DNA of 64,000 bases, from positions 18,290,001-18,354,000 of the forward strand of contig OX597842.1 in the NCBI GenBank assembly GCA_951406725.2, written 5' to 3'. The DNA is from Octopus vulgaris. Its lineage: Eukaryota. The position numbers were made by a program, and so were the translations under genes. Shown here one piece after another: positions 15,611 through 30,054 of this stretch (positions within the stretch are counted from its first letter, which is position 1; the number at the start of each line of letters is the position of its first letter). Under the pieces are notes generated by a model that was not told where the DNA came from, did no database searches, and was given only the letters and a program-made list of their open reading frames with translations.

Positions 15611-15713
15611 TTAATTATATTAATTATATTTATTTGTTGTTTTTTATGTTTTGGTTTCTGTCTATCACTGTTTAATATGCATAATAGAGGTTTTATCTCT
15701 AATTTAATTCATA

Positions 15714-15744
<31 letters not shown>

Positions 15745-15871
15745 GTATATACATATATACATATATTCAAAACATGCATACACGCAACAAAACACACACA
15801 TGACCAGATACACATCTGCACGTAAAACCGAAATATATATAAGCTCACACATATCCACCAATTTATCAATC

Positions 15872-15968
<97 letters not shown>

Positions 15969-15987
15969 GTATATATATATATGTATG

Positions 15988-16029
<42 letters not shown>

Positions 16030-16377
16030 AGTATATATATATATGTATGTATGTATGTATATAAAAGAAGGTTTGAAAATGCAATTTTAAAAGGTGTTTA
16101 AAAGGTGATAATTTCTTGTAGCTTTGATTATTATCGTTATTTTCTTTAATTGAAAAAAAGCAAAGCAAAAAAATACAACATGTTTTTTGTACACATTTGG
16201 TGGCTAATGTGTTGTAATATGGATTACGGAATGTTTGAATTTGCAGCTGAAAGTAAACACCTTTAAAAATTGCATTTTCAAACCTTCTTTCATATATATT
16301 TCAACTCATGCGGTATCTTAAAACCTCACTTTCTTATTTATATAAATTTATATACATACATAGATACATACATACAT

Positions 16378-16484
<107 letters not shown>

Positions 16485-16632
16485 GATATATAGATATATA
16501 TGTATATATATACATATACATAGATGTATATATATATATATATACTGTTATATGAATATACATGCATATATATACATACACATATATACATACATAGATA
16601 AATACATACACACACATGCACACATACACACT

Positions 16633-16680
<48 letters not shown>

Positions 16681-17154
16681 GGTATGTATGTATATATGTG
16701 TGTTTGTATGTATGTATATAATTTATATCCATTTAAAAGAAGAAAATTAAACAAGATCGGTCCTCGTAAAATCCAAAAGGACACGTTTTCACTTTGATGA
16801 AATTATACACATGTCACATAGATGTAAATTTAATCTATAAATTTGTAATAATTTCTTGAAATAGCTGTAAGCAGCAAAGATGACCAATTTGATAACAAAA
16901 AGTATTAAATTCCCTATCTCTAATTTCTTTATTTCTTTTAAATGAATATAAACCATGTGCTTAATAAGATCTATATATAATATATATGCTTAATATAGAT
17001 CCAATGTTTTAAGGGAATTTCATTCCCCCAAAATTCTAGATATTGAATCAGTATTTCCTTGAATACTACTATCCCTTCAAAAGGCTAACATATCCCCTAA
17101 TTATATGCATACATATATATTTATATATATATATATGTGTATCTGGTCATATAT

Positions 17155-17185
<31 letters not shown>

Positions 17186-17841
17186 GTATGTATGTGTGTT
17201 AAATACATTATAGGTATATACATACATATATATATTATATGAATGTAAGCATGTTGGCGTATATGTATTTCGGTTTTACATATCTTTCTAAATTCACACA
17301 AAAGGGTGACCTAAGATTAGAACAAAGGCAAGTTTCTTAAGAGTTATAAGTTCAGTGATGCAGAGACATAATAAGAAAAGATTGAGATATTTTTTAGTTT
17401 CTTTAGAATTGTGAAAGAAAAGAAATAGTGAGTCAGTATTCGAATGAATCTTACATTGTGCAACAAATAGGTGGTACGCAAATAGCTATGTATATGTACA
17501 AATATGCAGATAATTATGTGTATGTGTGTGTATGTATACAGTTCTATTTGTATTTAAGTATGTATATTGTGTATGTGTGTGTATGTGAATGTGTGCGAGC
17601 GTGTGTATACCTATATTTGGATTTAGTTTAATATGTATGATTGTCTATAGTTATGTATATATGTAAACATGAAATCTCCATGTATGTATATATATAAATA
17701 TATATATATATATATACATTTATGTATATATATATATATATATATTTATGTATATATATATAAATAATTTATATAAAATTTTTTATGTATTGGATTAAGT
17801 CCTTCTTTGTTTGATATGCATAATAGTGGTTTTGTCTCTAA

Positions 17842-17976
<135 letters not shown>

Positions 17977-18487
17977 TTATGTATATATGTGATGATGATG
18001 ATTGCTATCCGCTCTTAAGCAAAGAAGACCATCACTGACCATCACCCATGTGAAATATCTGCAAGGACCGTTCTAAGTCGTACAGTGTTCACGGATGGCT
18101 TTATTCTGATTCGCAGTTGTGGCTTTCAGGCTCCCCACAGTGCCCTCCAAATTCATCAGGCGTCGTAAATGACTGTCGCCTAGCGATTGTTCAACCAGCA
18201 ATTTTAAATCCAATAAGGCTTGGCTGACCCCTCACAGATCCTTTCCATCCTATTGACATGATCCAGAGACAAGGGCTGGCAGAGTATCCAGGGCCAGTGT
18301 GAATCGCAGGCTGAAAGTGGGGGTATTATGATACCATGCACAAGCAAAACATCCCCCATAATTTAAGGTATCATTTACACACACACAAACGCATATATAC
18401 ATACATGCATATACACACGTATTATGGATATTTACATATAAACTACTTTAAAGAAGGCAGTGGGAAGTTATGGTGTTTGAGTAGTGT

Positions 18488-18563
<76 letters not shown>

Positions 18564-18564
18564 G

Positions 18565-18654
<90 letters not shown>

Positions 18655-18680
18655 ATATATATATACATATAATATATATA

Positions 18681-18782
<102 letters not shown>

Positions 18783-19170
18783 TATATATATTGGATCAGA
18801 ATCGAAATCGATCAATGGAAATTGCAGATGTGTTACCAGTGCCGGTAGCATGTAAGAGAACCTTCCGTTTCACGACCGTTACCAGCGCCGCATCGACTGG
18901 CCTCATGTCGGTGGCACGTAAAAAGCACCATCCGTTCGTGGCCGTTTGCCAGATCTGTCTGGCACCTGTGCGGGTGGCACGTAAAAAGCACTCACTACAC
19001 TCATGGAGTGGTTGGCGTTAGGAAGGGCATACAGCCATAGAAACACTGCCAGATTTGACTGGGCCTGATGAAGCCTTCTGGCTTCACAGACCCCAGTAGA
19101 ACCGTCCAACCCATGCTAGCATGGAAAACGGATGCTAAACGATGATGATTATGATGATGATATAATATAT

Positions 19171-19300
<130 letters not shown>

Positions 19301-19303
19301 ATA

Positions 19304-19418
<115 letters not shown>

Positions 19419-19524
19419 TATATATATAATATGATTGATTGATTGATTGATTGATTCTAGTTTCAGCTTATGAGCTGTGGCCATGCTGGGGCACCGCCAT
19501 TTGGTGTTGCTACTTGGTTTCACT

Positions 19525-20655
19525 TCATGGAGGCTTTCTAGCAACTGCTATTTGGTGCATGAGAGAGTTCGATGCAGCTGCCCTCATCTGCCCCTCCTGC
19601 CGTGAAGTTGGTTCATCTGGGACACCTGACAGGAAGAGATCCAGCTTCATTTTAAAGACATCTGTATCCACCCCATGCAGGTCTCTCAGGTTCTTCAGGA
19701 GGATATTGAAGAGCTGTGGGCCTCGGAAGCCCAGGCTATCACAGAATCTTGTCCTACATCTTGATGGCAGGTTTGGAGTCCTAGGCACCACGCAGTGGCG
19801 CCCAGTTCTGGCATTTGCGTAACTCTCGATGCCAAAGTTCATGACACTTCCCTCCAGGATCTTCCAGATGTATATTATGGCATATCTTTCCCGCCTACGC
19901 TCCAGGGAATATAATTTTAATCTCTTGAGTCTTTCCCAGTAGCTTACATTCTGCATAGAGGCTATCTTCTTTGTGTAGCTTCGTTGGATCGCCTCAAGTT
20001 CTGTGATCAACTTGACACTGGATGGTGACCATAGCTGAGAGCAATAGTCAAAGTGACTTAGGACAAGTGTCTTCCAGAGGACCATCATGGTTTCTTGTTC
20101 TCTTGTTCTGAAGGTTCTGAGAATCCACCCGGCCAGTCGTCTACATTTCATTGTCAGTTTAGCAACATGTACATGAAAGGTCGCGTTATCACTCATGTGA
20201 ATACCCAGGTCACGCACTGATTGTGCCTCTGGGATTGCAATCCCTCCGGGTCCAGTGTATTCATTGGGTATTGCATTCAGTTTTGCATGCTGATAGTATA
20301 AAGCTTGAAACTTTCCAGCATTGAACTGCATGCTATTCTTTTCAGCCCACTTGTATATTTCGTCCAGCTCACATTGCAGGTGTTTAGTGTCCTCAGGGTT
20401 CTGTATTGCCTGTGAAACTTTTGTATCATCTGCATAACTTGTGATCGTGGCTCTCTGCATGGCTGAGGGCATGTCTGAGAGGGCCATTATGAACAGTAGT
20501 GGTCCCAGAACAGTGCCCTGCGGAACACCGCTCACTATTTGTGTGTTAATGGAGGTGGCCCCATTGGCTACTACCACCTGACTTCTATCCTTCAGAAAGT
20601 CATGAAGCCATTCTCCCAGTTTTCCAACTATGTTGAGATCACGCAGTTTGTGACA
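19525..20655 (-). CDS. LINE pol C-terminal part (RT core and C-terminus), frameshifted relative to the N-terminal part
   Basis: ORF 19525..20577 with PQG and YADD. Its frame continues upstream to the 2-nt deletion. Confidence 0.9.
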   Translation of the reverse strand, partial: CHKLRDLNIVGKLGEWLHDFLKDRSQVVVANGATSINTQIVSGVPQGTVLGPLLFIMALSDMPSAMQRATITSYADDTKVSQAIQNPEDTKHLQCELDEIYKWAEKNSMQFNAGKFQALYYQHAKLNAIPNEYTGPGGIAIPEAQSVRDLGIHMSDNATFHVHVAKLTMKCRRLAGWILRTFRTREQETMMVLWKTLVLSHFDYCSQLWSPSSVKLITELEAIQRSYTKKIASMQNVSYWERLKRLKLYSLERRRERYAIIYIWKILEGSVMNFGIESYANARTGRHCVVPRTPNLPSRCRTRFCDSLGFRGPQLFNILLKNLRDLHGVDTDVFKMKLDLFLSGVPDEPTSRQEGQMRAAASNSLMHQIAVARKPP

Positions 20656-22482
20656 TCATTCCATGATCGACTTTATCAAAGGCCTTTGCAAAGTCGAGAT
20701 ATATCACTTCCACATTTGAGTGGTTGAGCAGCTGTTTCAGCACCCAGTCATAGTGTTGTAGGAGCTGAGTTAAACAGCTTCTCCCTGGTCGGAAACCATG
20801 TTGGGTGTCGGGCAGCAAGTCATTCTCTTCAAGGAAGGTGATCAGCTTCCTTCTGACTATTCGTTCCATGACCTTGCTGATGTGTGAGGTCAGAGAGATA
20901 GGTCTATATTTCTTGGCTTCCGCTCTGCTACCTCCTTTATGAATGGGGCATATTTTACCTTCCTTCAGTTTTCCTGGAAGTTTGCCAGCTGCAAGGAAGC
21001 TCTGAAAGAGGAACTGCAGTGGTCTTGCTAGGACTCTCTTACATGCTTTTAGGAGGATTGCCGGGAATCCATCGGGGCCAGTAGCTGAGTCTGTTTTCAT
21101 TTCATCTATAGCCTTGGTTACATCGTCTTCCTTTATATCGATGTAATCTATCGTCGCCGCCTCTGATTTTATATCTGCAGTGGTAAAAAAGTCAGTTGGA
21201 TTGGTGATTTGGAGATGCCCAAGGGGTGGAGTGAAAACACTCTTGAATTGCTCATTCAGTATTTCACTTACCCTCATTGGTTTTCCTGTAAGTGTGCCAT
21301 CCTTTTCAAGGAGTGGCCCTATTCTACAGTGCACTGTAGCTGTTTCTTTGGCATACCTGTAGAAAGCTCTGGGGTTAGATTTTATGTTTTCTATAGCCCA
21401 GGCTTCTTTGTCTGCTCTTTCTTTTTCATGGGAGAGTTGCAGACATTTTTCGATTTCCAACAGTTTTATTTTTAGGCGGGACTTTTCACTGCTTTCAATC
21501 TGTTTGTTTAGGCGATTTGAAAATTTCGTACGCCATCTCATTAAGATTTTCCTCTCTCTGGGGATTTTGTTCTTGTGTACAGTGGCCTTTCTCTCTGGGA
21601 CACATTTGTAGCATATGGCTTGCATTACAGACATGAATTGTTGAAGTTTCACGTCGATGTCTGGCGAGGAGAGACATTTAGGCCAGTTTTGTTTGAGGAT
21701 CTCTTTCTCAATTTGTTTCCAGTTTGCCTTATGGTAGTTCAAGCTGGAAAGATTTTGAGGGTTTCTTGTAGGCTGCATGTCCGTGCTCTCTTTTGGCCCG
21801 TTCATGGTCAGCTCTATCATGTTGTGATCCGAGAGTAGTGTCGGTGTCACTTTCACATTATGGATGAGATCCATGTCATTTGTGAAGCAGAGATCCAGTG
21901 TGTTACCTGCCCTGGTTGGTTGGAGTATTACCTGCTCCATGTACAGGGTGTTGATGAGGTTCAGGAGGGACCTCGCCTGTCCTCGTTCACATCTTGTCAT
22001 TCCTGGGAGAGAAAGGCCCTCGGGCCATCTGACATTGGGCAGATTGAAGTCTCCCATAAGAAGCACACCTATGTGTTGTTCTAATGTGGTTAGAATTTCT
22101 TCTATTTTTATAAGGCAGTCTTCAAACTTGCCCACATGGCTTGGGGCATCTGGAGTGCGATATGTAGCACACACAACTACATCAAGTTGCTTAATATGTA
22201 CAATTAGTGTGTCACACACCGAGTTTGAGTATGACAAGAGGACCTGGGGTGTGAGGTCCTCACGGATGTACATAGCAACACCTCCATGACTCCTTTCTTT
22301 CCTGTCGGTCCGTAGTACAGCATACTGTGGTATGTGTAACTCCGCATCTGCTATGTCCGGTTTCAGGTGCGTTTCTGTAAGTGCTATGCATATGGCTTGA
22401 TTGCATGCAGCAAAGTCTCTCAGGAACGGGATCTTTGTCCTGTTACTGAGTGTTTGCAGTCCTCTGATGTTCAGTAGGAGTA
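20639..22482 (-). CDS. LINE pol N-terminal part (endonuclease and RT domains 0-3)
   Basis: Part of ORF 20639..22561. Homology begins at ILLLNIRGL. Confidence 0.9.
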
Positions 22483-22766
22483 TAATATATATATATATGT
22501 TTGCAGTCCTCTGATTTTCAGTAGGAGTATAATATATTGCCCCAGCATGGCCACAGCTCATAAGCTGAAACTAGAATCTAATCAATCAATCAATAATATA
22601 TATATATAAATATATACATACATGCATACACATGTATAGTGGATATATACGTATATACTTCATCATTTTATACATATATAGACACCTTCTTTAAAGGAGG
22701 CAGTGGGAAGTTATGGTGTATTAAGTAGTTTGGTGTATATATACATATATATATACAGAGAGATAT

Positions 22767-23031
<265 letters not shown>

Positions 23032-23144
23032 GTATATGTATATATATATATATATCATAGCCTGTATGCATATATGTATATAGATATATGCATCTGATTG
23101 ATTGCACCGAGTCTATCAGCTTATGATGCGGCCATGCTGGGGCA

Positions 23145-24244
23145 CATACCACAGTATGTTGTACTACGGACCGACAGAAAAGAAAGGAGTCATGGAGGTG
23201 TTGCTATGTACATCCGTGAGGACCTCACACCCCAGGTCCTCTTGTCATACTCAAACTCGGTGTGTGACACACTAATTGTACATATTAGGCAACTTGATGT
23301 AGTTGTGTGTGCTACCATATCACACTCCAGATGCCCCAAGCCATGTGGGCAAGTTTGAAGACTGCCTATACATAAAATAGAAGAAATTCTAACCACATTA
23401 GAACAACACATAGCGTGTGCTTCTTATGGGAGACTTCAATCTGCCCAGTATCAGATGGCTTGAGGGCCTTGCTCTCCCAGGAATGACAAGATGTGAACGA
23501 AGGAACAGGCGAGGTCCCTCCTGAGCCTCATCAACACCCACTATTACATGGAGCAGGTAATACTCCAACCAACCAGGGCATGACAACACACTGGATCTCT
23601 GCTATCACAAATGACATGGATCTCATCCATAATGTGAAAGTGACTACCGACGACTACTCTCAGGATCACTGGCATGATAAGAGCTGACCATGTACGAGCC
23701 AAAAAGAGCACTGACATGCAGCCTACAAGAAACCCTCAAAATCTTTCCAGCTTGGACTACCATAAGGCAAACTGGAAACAAATTGAGAAAGAGATCCTCA
23801 AACAAAACTGGCCTAATCGACGTGAAACTTCAACAATTCATGTCTGTAATGCAAGCCATATGCTACAAATGTATCCCAGAGAGAAAGGCCACTGTACACA
23901 AGAACAAAATCCCCAGAGAGAGGAAAATAATGAGACGGCGTACGAAATTTTCAAATCGCCTAAACAAACAGATTGAAAGCAGTGAAAAGTCCCGCCTAAA
24001 AATAAAACTGTTGGAAATCGAAAAATGTCTGCAACTCTCCCATGAAAAAGAAAGAGCAGACAAAGAAGCCTGGGCTATAGAAAACATAAAATCTAACCCC
24101 AGAGCTTTCTACAGGTATGCCAAAGAAACAGCTACAGTGCACTGTAGAATAGGGCCACTCCTCGAAAAGGATGGCACACTTACAGGAAAACCAATGAGGG
24201 TAAGTGAAATACTGAATGAGCAATTCAAGAGTGTTTTCACTCCA
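23145..24244 (+). pseudogene. Second, indel-rich copy of the LINE endonuclease region, running into a gap
   Basis: Reverse complement of 21227-22335 with many small indels. Confidence 0.88.
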
Positions 24245-24344
24245 NNNNNNNNNNNNNNNNNNNNNNNNNNNNNNNNNNNNNNNNNNNNNNNNNNNNNNNN
24301 NNNNNNNNNNNNNNNNNNNNNNNNNNNNNNNNNNNNNNNNNNNN
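24245..24344. other. Assembly gap (100 N)
   Basis: Run of N. Confidence 1.
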
Positions 24345-26069
24345 GAATTACCCTTCCAACCCCTTTCGTTGTATTAACAATTAATATTATCTTAATTTTA
24401 ATGATTCTTAATAATATTTTAGTTAACAATATGTATGTGTATGTGTATGTATATATATACATATATGTGTGGATGGTTGTTTTCGGGTATATGTAATTGT
24501 TTATATATATATATATATTTATAATAGGATTAGCTCGTATACGAGTAGGTATATATTTGTAAAAAATGAAGTTCGAAAATGCTGCTATATTATACAATTT
24601 TTAATTTTTATATATACATTATAACATGTTTCAGTTCCTGAAATGAACCTTATCAAAAAAAGTTATATATAAAAAAAGACAGCTCATGCCGTCAAACACA
24701 AGAAATTCATTTACAATACACAACGGAAAAGTTCATATATAGTTTGAAGTAAGTTCATTCATGCTATATGTTCAAAGTGTTCGATGCAGTGGCCCACGGT
24801 GGCGATACGTATTCAATAGGACCACTGTAGGAAGTATAAAAGTATCAACCAAAAACCTATAGTGGTCAGAAGTTGTCCATTGATGATAGGAATGTCTTAC
24901 AATAATAAAATATAAACCATTAACAGAGATCGGGAAATTGTGCTATGAAGTGTAAAATTTGGAAATATTTATTTCAGAGCTGAAGCATTTTGATAGGGTG
25001 TCCAAAAACTTGGCAAGTAAATGGATGGAACTTGGTGAGTATAAAATACCCAATTAATTTCTATAAATTTTACTTTCAGCTAAACTTTTGTTTGTTTGAA
25101 TGACTGAGAACCGGTTCCATTCCTAATTTCCAATTGAAAGTTTAGCTAAAAAGTAAAGCTATCACTGAAATTTCATAAAATATCTACGGACGTCAGCACG
25201 GTTGTAAAATGTATAAATTAGAAGGTCCAGTAGAGTTAATACTATCGTTTGTAAAAGGGGACTCAAAAATATTGTCATTTAAGAGTAAACAGGTGAATTA
25301 ATGACAATGTTTTTGCTTGTTTACACTTTTAGTAAGTTTACTGGTAGGTTGAGGCAGATATCTCCTTTAATCTGGCAGAATTAAGGGGAAAGGGTTCCAG
25401 ATGTGCCATCGCTCTTTCTCTTGGGTGAAGAGGACCACATTATCAAATGTAACCTTTTTAAAATGAGAGTGTGCATTGTGTGGGACATGTTGTCATCTCT
25501 CCCCTGGCCAGTCTGTTTTTCTATATCTATTGTAATTCTTTAGTCCCAGGTCAACATATATTTCCTGTCTCTATAGAAGACAGGCCCCATTGTTGATTGT
25601 GTTCATGGCTGGATTGAACTCAGCATTGTAAGTTAATGAAACACTCATTTATATAAGAAAAAAAGAATCTCAACAGAAAATTGAAACTCAACTTGATCTT
25701 GTTTCTCAATTGAAATCATTTCACTCTCCTTTACATTACAAATGTCACGTGGAAAGGCATGAACATCACAATATCCCATTTTCCATTCTCTGACAGTTTA
25801 ACACAACATAAAATATCATTTATACAATGCTCCTATTATTTACAGCAATGTCTTCTACCTCCCTATGGTACCTATATATATCTAGATAGAGTGAAGCATA
25901 GAGAAATGTCTTTACCAGGTACATTGAGCAGTGCTGGGGATTAGATTTGAACCTTTGATCCCTGACTCAAAGGATCATGACAATATCCCCTGAGTCAGCT
26001 GATAGAAACCATCATCATCATCATCATTTGATGTCTGTTTTCCATGCTGGCATGGGTTGGACTGTTTGA

Positions 26070-26169
26070 NNNNNNNNNNNNNNNNNNNNNNNNNNNNNNN
26101 NNNNNNNNNNNNNNNNNNNNNNNNNNNNNNNNNNNNNNNNNNNNNNNNNNNNNNNNNNNNNNNNNNNNN
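26070..26169. other. Assembly gap (100 N)
   Basis: Run of N. Confidence 1.
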
Positions 26170-27305
26170 ACCAATCCGCCTTGGGTGGCCCTACCAGGAA
26201 CCGAAGTTCCCGACGGCATAGCTCTGACACTACCCGTTGCCAGCGTCCCCACCACGGTGAGGAGGGGATGGATTTTGGGTTATTTGATACTAAATACCTG
26301 CTGAACACTGACATAAATTGCTGGCCTTGTGCCAAAGAAGTTTCGTGGGAATATGGATTTCACAAGCGGTCCCCAACAATCCCACATGTAGAGACATCCT
26401 GTTTGCCGCAGATTATCCGCAGACGCAGGGACAGAACGACCGAGGAGCCGGCGGTTCCCGAAACAGACACTCCGAGGATTTTCACCAGAGCCCGTCTGCC
26501 GGGTTGCGGCCCTAATACCACTCGGTGTCAGACCAATCCGCCTTGGGTGGCCTTACCAGGAACCGAAGTTCCCGACGGCATAGCTCTGACACTACCCGTT
26601 GCCAGCGTCCCCACCACGGTGAGGAGGGAATGGATTTTGGGTTATTTGATACTAAATACCTGCTGAACAAGAAGCGGTCCCCAACAATCCCACATGTTTG
26701 TTTGCCGCAGTGAGGAGCCGGCGGTTCCCGAAACAGACACTCCGAGGATTTTCACCAGAGCCCCGTCTGCCGGGTTGCGGCCCTAATACCACTCGGTGTC
26801 AGACCAATCCGCCTTGGGTGGCCTTACCAGGAACCGAAGTTCCCGACGGCAATATGTGCGTCCCCACCACGGTGAGGAGGGGATGGATTTTGGGTTATTT
26901 GATACTTTCACCGACATAGATTGCTGGCCTTGTGCCAAAGAAGTTTCGTGGGAATATGGATTTCACAAGCGGTCCCCAACAATCCCACATGTAGTAGAGA
27001 CATCCTGTTTGCCGCAGATTGTCCGCAGACGCAGGGACAGAACGACCGAGGAGCCGGCGGTTACCGAAACAGACACTCCGAGGATTTTCACCAGAGCCCC
27101 GTCTGCCGGGTTGCGGCTCTAATACCACTCGCTGTCAGACCAATCTGCCTTGGGTGGCCCCTACCAGGAACCGAAGTTCCCGACGGCATAGCTCTGACAC
27201 TACCCGTTGCAAGCGTCCCCACCACGGTGAGGAGGGGATGGATTTTGGGTTATTTGATACTAAATACCTGCTTAACCCCTCCCCGAAATTGCTGGCCTTG
27301 TGCCA
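26170..27305 (-). repeat. Tandem array (about 3.4 units, full unit 362 bp) of an RTE-type 5' leader
   Basis: ACCAATC recurs at 26170, 26532, 26803 and 27139. The minus strand has CCGTGGTGGGG...GAGCTATGCC...TGGTAGGGCCACCCAAGGCGGA, resembling BovB/Expander-type RTE leaders (from recall). Confidence 0.7.
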
Positions 27306-27465
27306 AAATTTGAAATCAATATTTCCATTTTATTCGCTGAAAATTATTTAACCAGTTTATGCATAAAACGTTTAAAAGAACAATCGGATCTTTCTTGCTT
27401 CAACTTGTTACTTCTCTTAAATCAATCAGCCATTCTTTCCTATTCTTAATATTCACTTTACTTAA

Positions 27466-28272
27466 GGCGGCGAGCTGGCAGAAACGTTAGCACGCCGGGC
27501 GAAATGCGTAGCCGAATTTCGTCTGCCGAAGGCGGCGTGATGGCAGAATCGATAGCCGTACGCCGGACAGAAATGCGCAGCCGTATTTCGTCTGTTGTTA
27601 CGTTCTGAGTTCAAATTCCGCCGAGGTCGCATTTGCCTTTCATCCTTTCGGGGTCGATTAAATAAGTACCAGTTACGCATTGGGGTCGATATAATCGACT
27701 TAATCTCTTTGTCTGTCCTTGTGTTGTCCCCTCTGTGTTTAGCCCCTTGTGGGTAGTAAAGAAATAGGTATTTCGTCTGCCGTTATGTTGTGAGTTCAAA
27801 TTCTGCCGAGGTCGACTTTGCCTTTCATCCTTTCGGAGTCGATAAATAAGTACCAGTTTCGTACTGGGGTCGATGTAATTACTTAATCCGTCTGTCCTTT
27901 TGACCTCTCTGTGTTTAGCCCCTTGTGGGTAGTAAAGAAATAGGTATTTCGTCTGTCGTTACGTTCTGAGTTCAAATTCCGCCGAGGTCAACTTTGCCAT
28001 TCATCCTTTCGGGTCGATTAAACAAGTACCAGTTTCGCACTGGGGTCGATCTAATCGACTTAATCCGTTTGTCTGTTCTTGTTTGTCCTCTCTGTGTTTA
28101 GCCCCTTGTGGGTAGTAAAGAAATAGGTATTTTGTCTGCCTCTACGTTGTGAGTTCAAATTCCGCCGAGGTCGACTTTGCCTTTCATCCTTTCGGGTTCG
28201 ATGAATTAAGTATCAGTTGCGTTCTGTGGTCGATCTAATCGACTGGTCCCTCTCCAAAATTTCGGGCCTTGT
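27466..28272 (+). mobile_element. SINE family B (tRNA head plus Nin-like domain) with about 4 tandem body units
   Basis: Head GGCGGCGAGCTGGCAGAA, B box GTTCAAATTCC and GCCTTTCATCCTTTCGGGGTCGATAAA..AGTACCAG, repeated about every 180 bp. Confidence 0.85.
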
Positions 28273-28376
28273 TTGTCCTCTCTGTGAATATTCCCTTTAC
28301 TTGTGAACCTATCAAGGGCATGTCAAATGTATCACGTTTGATCGATGAACCTCTAATGCAAAGGTACATATTTGCG

Positions 28377-28439
<63 letters not shown>

Positions 28440-28589
28440 GTGTGTGTGTGTGTGTGTGTGTGCGTGCGTGCGTGTATGAGTAAAAGGACCAACTGTCCTT
28501 TCTGAATCGTTAATTCCATGAGATCGGTTTCCCGGATTTTGTTGCGTATAAATTAAGTACCCCATTCACTGGGGACGATCTAATCTGTG

Positions 28590-28986
28590 AATGTATGTAT
28601 GTATGTGTGTGTGTGTATGTATGTATGTATGTATGTATGTGTGTGTGTATGTATGTGTGTGTATGTATGTATGTATGTATGTATGTATATATGCGTGTAT
28701 GTATGTGTGTATGTATGTATGTATGTATATATGTATGTATGTATGTATGTATGTGTGTATGTATGTATGTGTGTGTATGTATGTATGTTTGTATGTATGT
28801 ATGTATGTATGTGTGTATGTATGTATGTATGTTTATATGTATGTATGTATGTATGTATGTGTGTTTGTATGTATGTATGTATGTATGTATGTGTGTTTGT
28901 ATGTATGTATGTATGTATGTTTATATGTATGTATGTGAGTGTATGTATGTATGTGTGTATGTATTATGTATGTTTATATGTATGTT

Positions 28987-29018
<32 letters not shown>

Positions 29019-29710
29019 TGTATGTATGTATGTATGTGTGTATGTATGTATGTATGTATGTATGTATGTGTGTATGTGTATGTATGTATGTATGTATGTA
29101 TGTGTGTATGTATGTATGTATGTATGTATGTATGTATGTATGTATGTATGTATGTATGTGTGTATGTATGTATGTATGTATGTATGTATGTATGTATATG
29201 TATGTATGTATGTATGTATGTGTGTATGTATGTATGTATGTATGTATGTATGTATGTATGTATGTGTGTATGTATGTATGTATGTATGTATGTATGTATG
29301 TATGTATGTGTGTTTGTATGTATGTATGTATGTATGTATGTATGTATGTATGTGTGTATGTGTGTATGTATGTATGTATGTATGTATGTATGTATGTATG
29401 TATGTATGTATGTATGTTTATATGTATGTATGTATGTATGTGTGTATGTATGTATGTATGTATGTTTATATGTATGTATGTATGTATGTATGTGTGTGTA
29501 TGTATGTATGTATGTGTGTATGTATGTATGTGTGTGTATGTATGTATGTATGTGTGTGTGTATGTATGTATGTATGTATGTATGTATGTATGTATGTATG
29601 TATGTATGTATGTATGTATGTATGTGTGTGTATGTATGTATGTATGTATGTATGTATGCATGTATGTATGTATGTGTGTATATATGTGTGTATGTATGTT
29701 TGTATGTATC
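28590..29710. repeat. (TATG)n microsatellite, about 1.1 kb
   Basis: Direct inspection. Confidence 0.98.
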
Positions 29711-29751
29711 TATCTAACGACTGCTTTTCTCTCTCTCTCTCACTCTCTCGC

Positions 29752-29786
<35 letters not shown>

Positions 29787-29813
29787 AAATATATATATAT
29801 GTATGTAAGTATG

Positions 29814-29867
<54 letters not shown>

Positions 29868-29870
29868 TAC

Positions 29871-29916
29871 CCTGGACTGATGACGGGCGATACCCAGAAA
29901 CATACATGTCTTCAGG
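29871..29916 (+). ncRNA. Type I hammerhead ribozyme
   Basis: CCTGGA-CTGATGA-cGGGcgataCCCa-GAAA-CATacATG-TC-TTCAGG. GUC cleavage is predicted after 29910. Confidence 0.85.
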
Positions 29917-30054
29917 TTGCTAGTCCTAACTGGTGGGGGTGCTTGCCTCCCCTTTGCAAATATAAGGACACAGAAAATGTGTCAAAGCCGACAGGAAGCG
30001 TCGATGCTTCCTAGGGCTATATGGGACTGTCACGTTATGTTGACAGTATACAAC

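Larger units (their letters stand above)
19432..22482 (-). mobile_element. Near-complete pol region of a CR1/L2-group LINE (AP endonuclease plus RT) with an (AATC)n tail
   Basis: EN motifs LLNIRGL, LTETHL, GGVA, GDFN, LDL, SDH. RT motifs QHGF, YLDFAKAFDKV, GVPQGTVLGP, YADD. The only disruption seen is one frameshift at about 20656. Confidence 0.95.

Noticed and set aside
19064-19090. CTGATGA followed by a hairpin
   Set aside because: No GAAA core or stem III follows.
23300-23830. Dense indels suggesting hypermutation of the LINE copy
   Set aside because: The region is near a scaffold gap and more likely reflects low-quality consensus.
26170-26335. PSSPWWGRWQRVV resembling the BEL/Pao integrase motif
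   Set aside because: No other integrase motifs are present, the frame is not kept across copies, and the nucleotides fit an RTE-type leader better.
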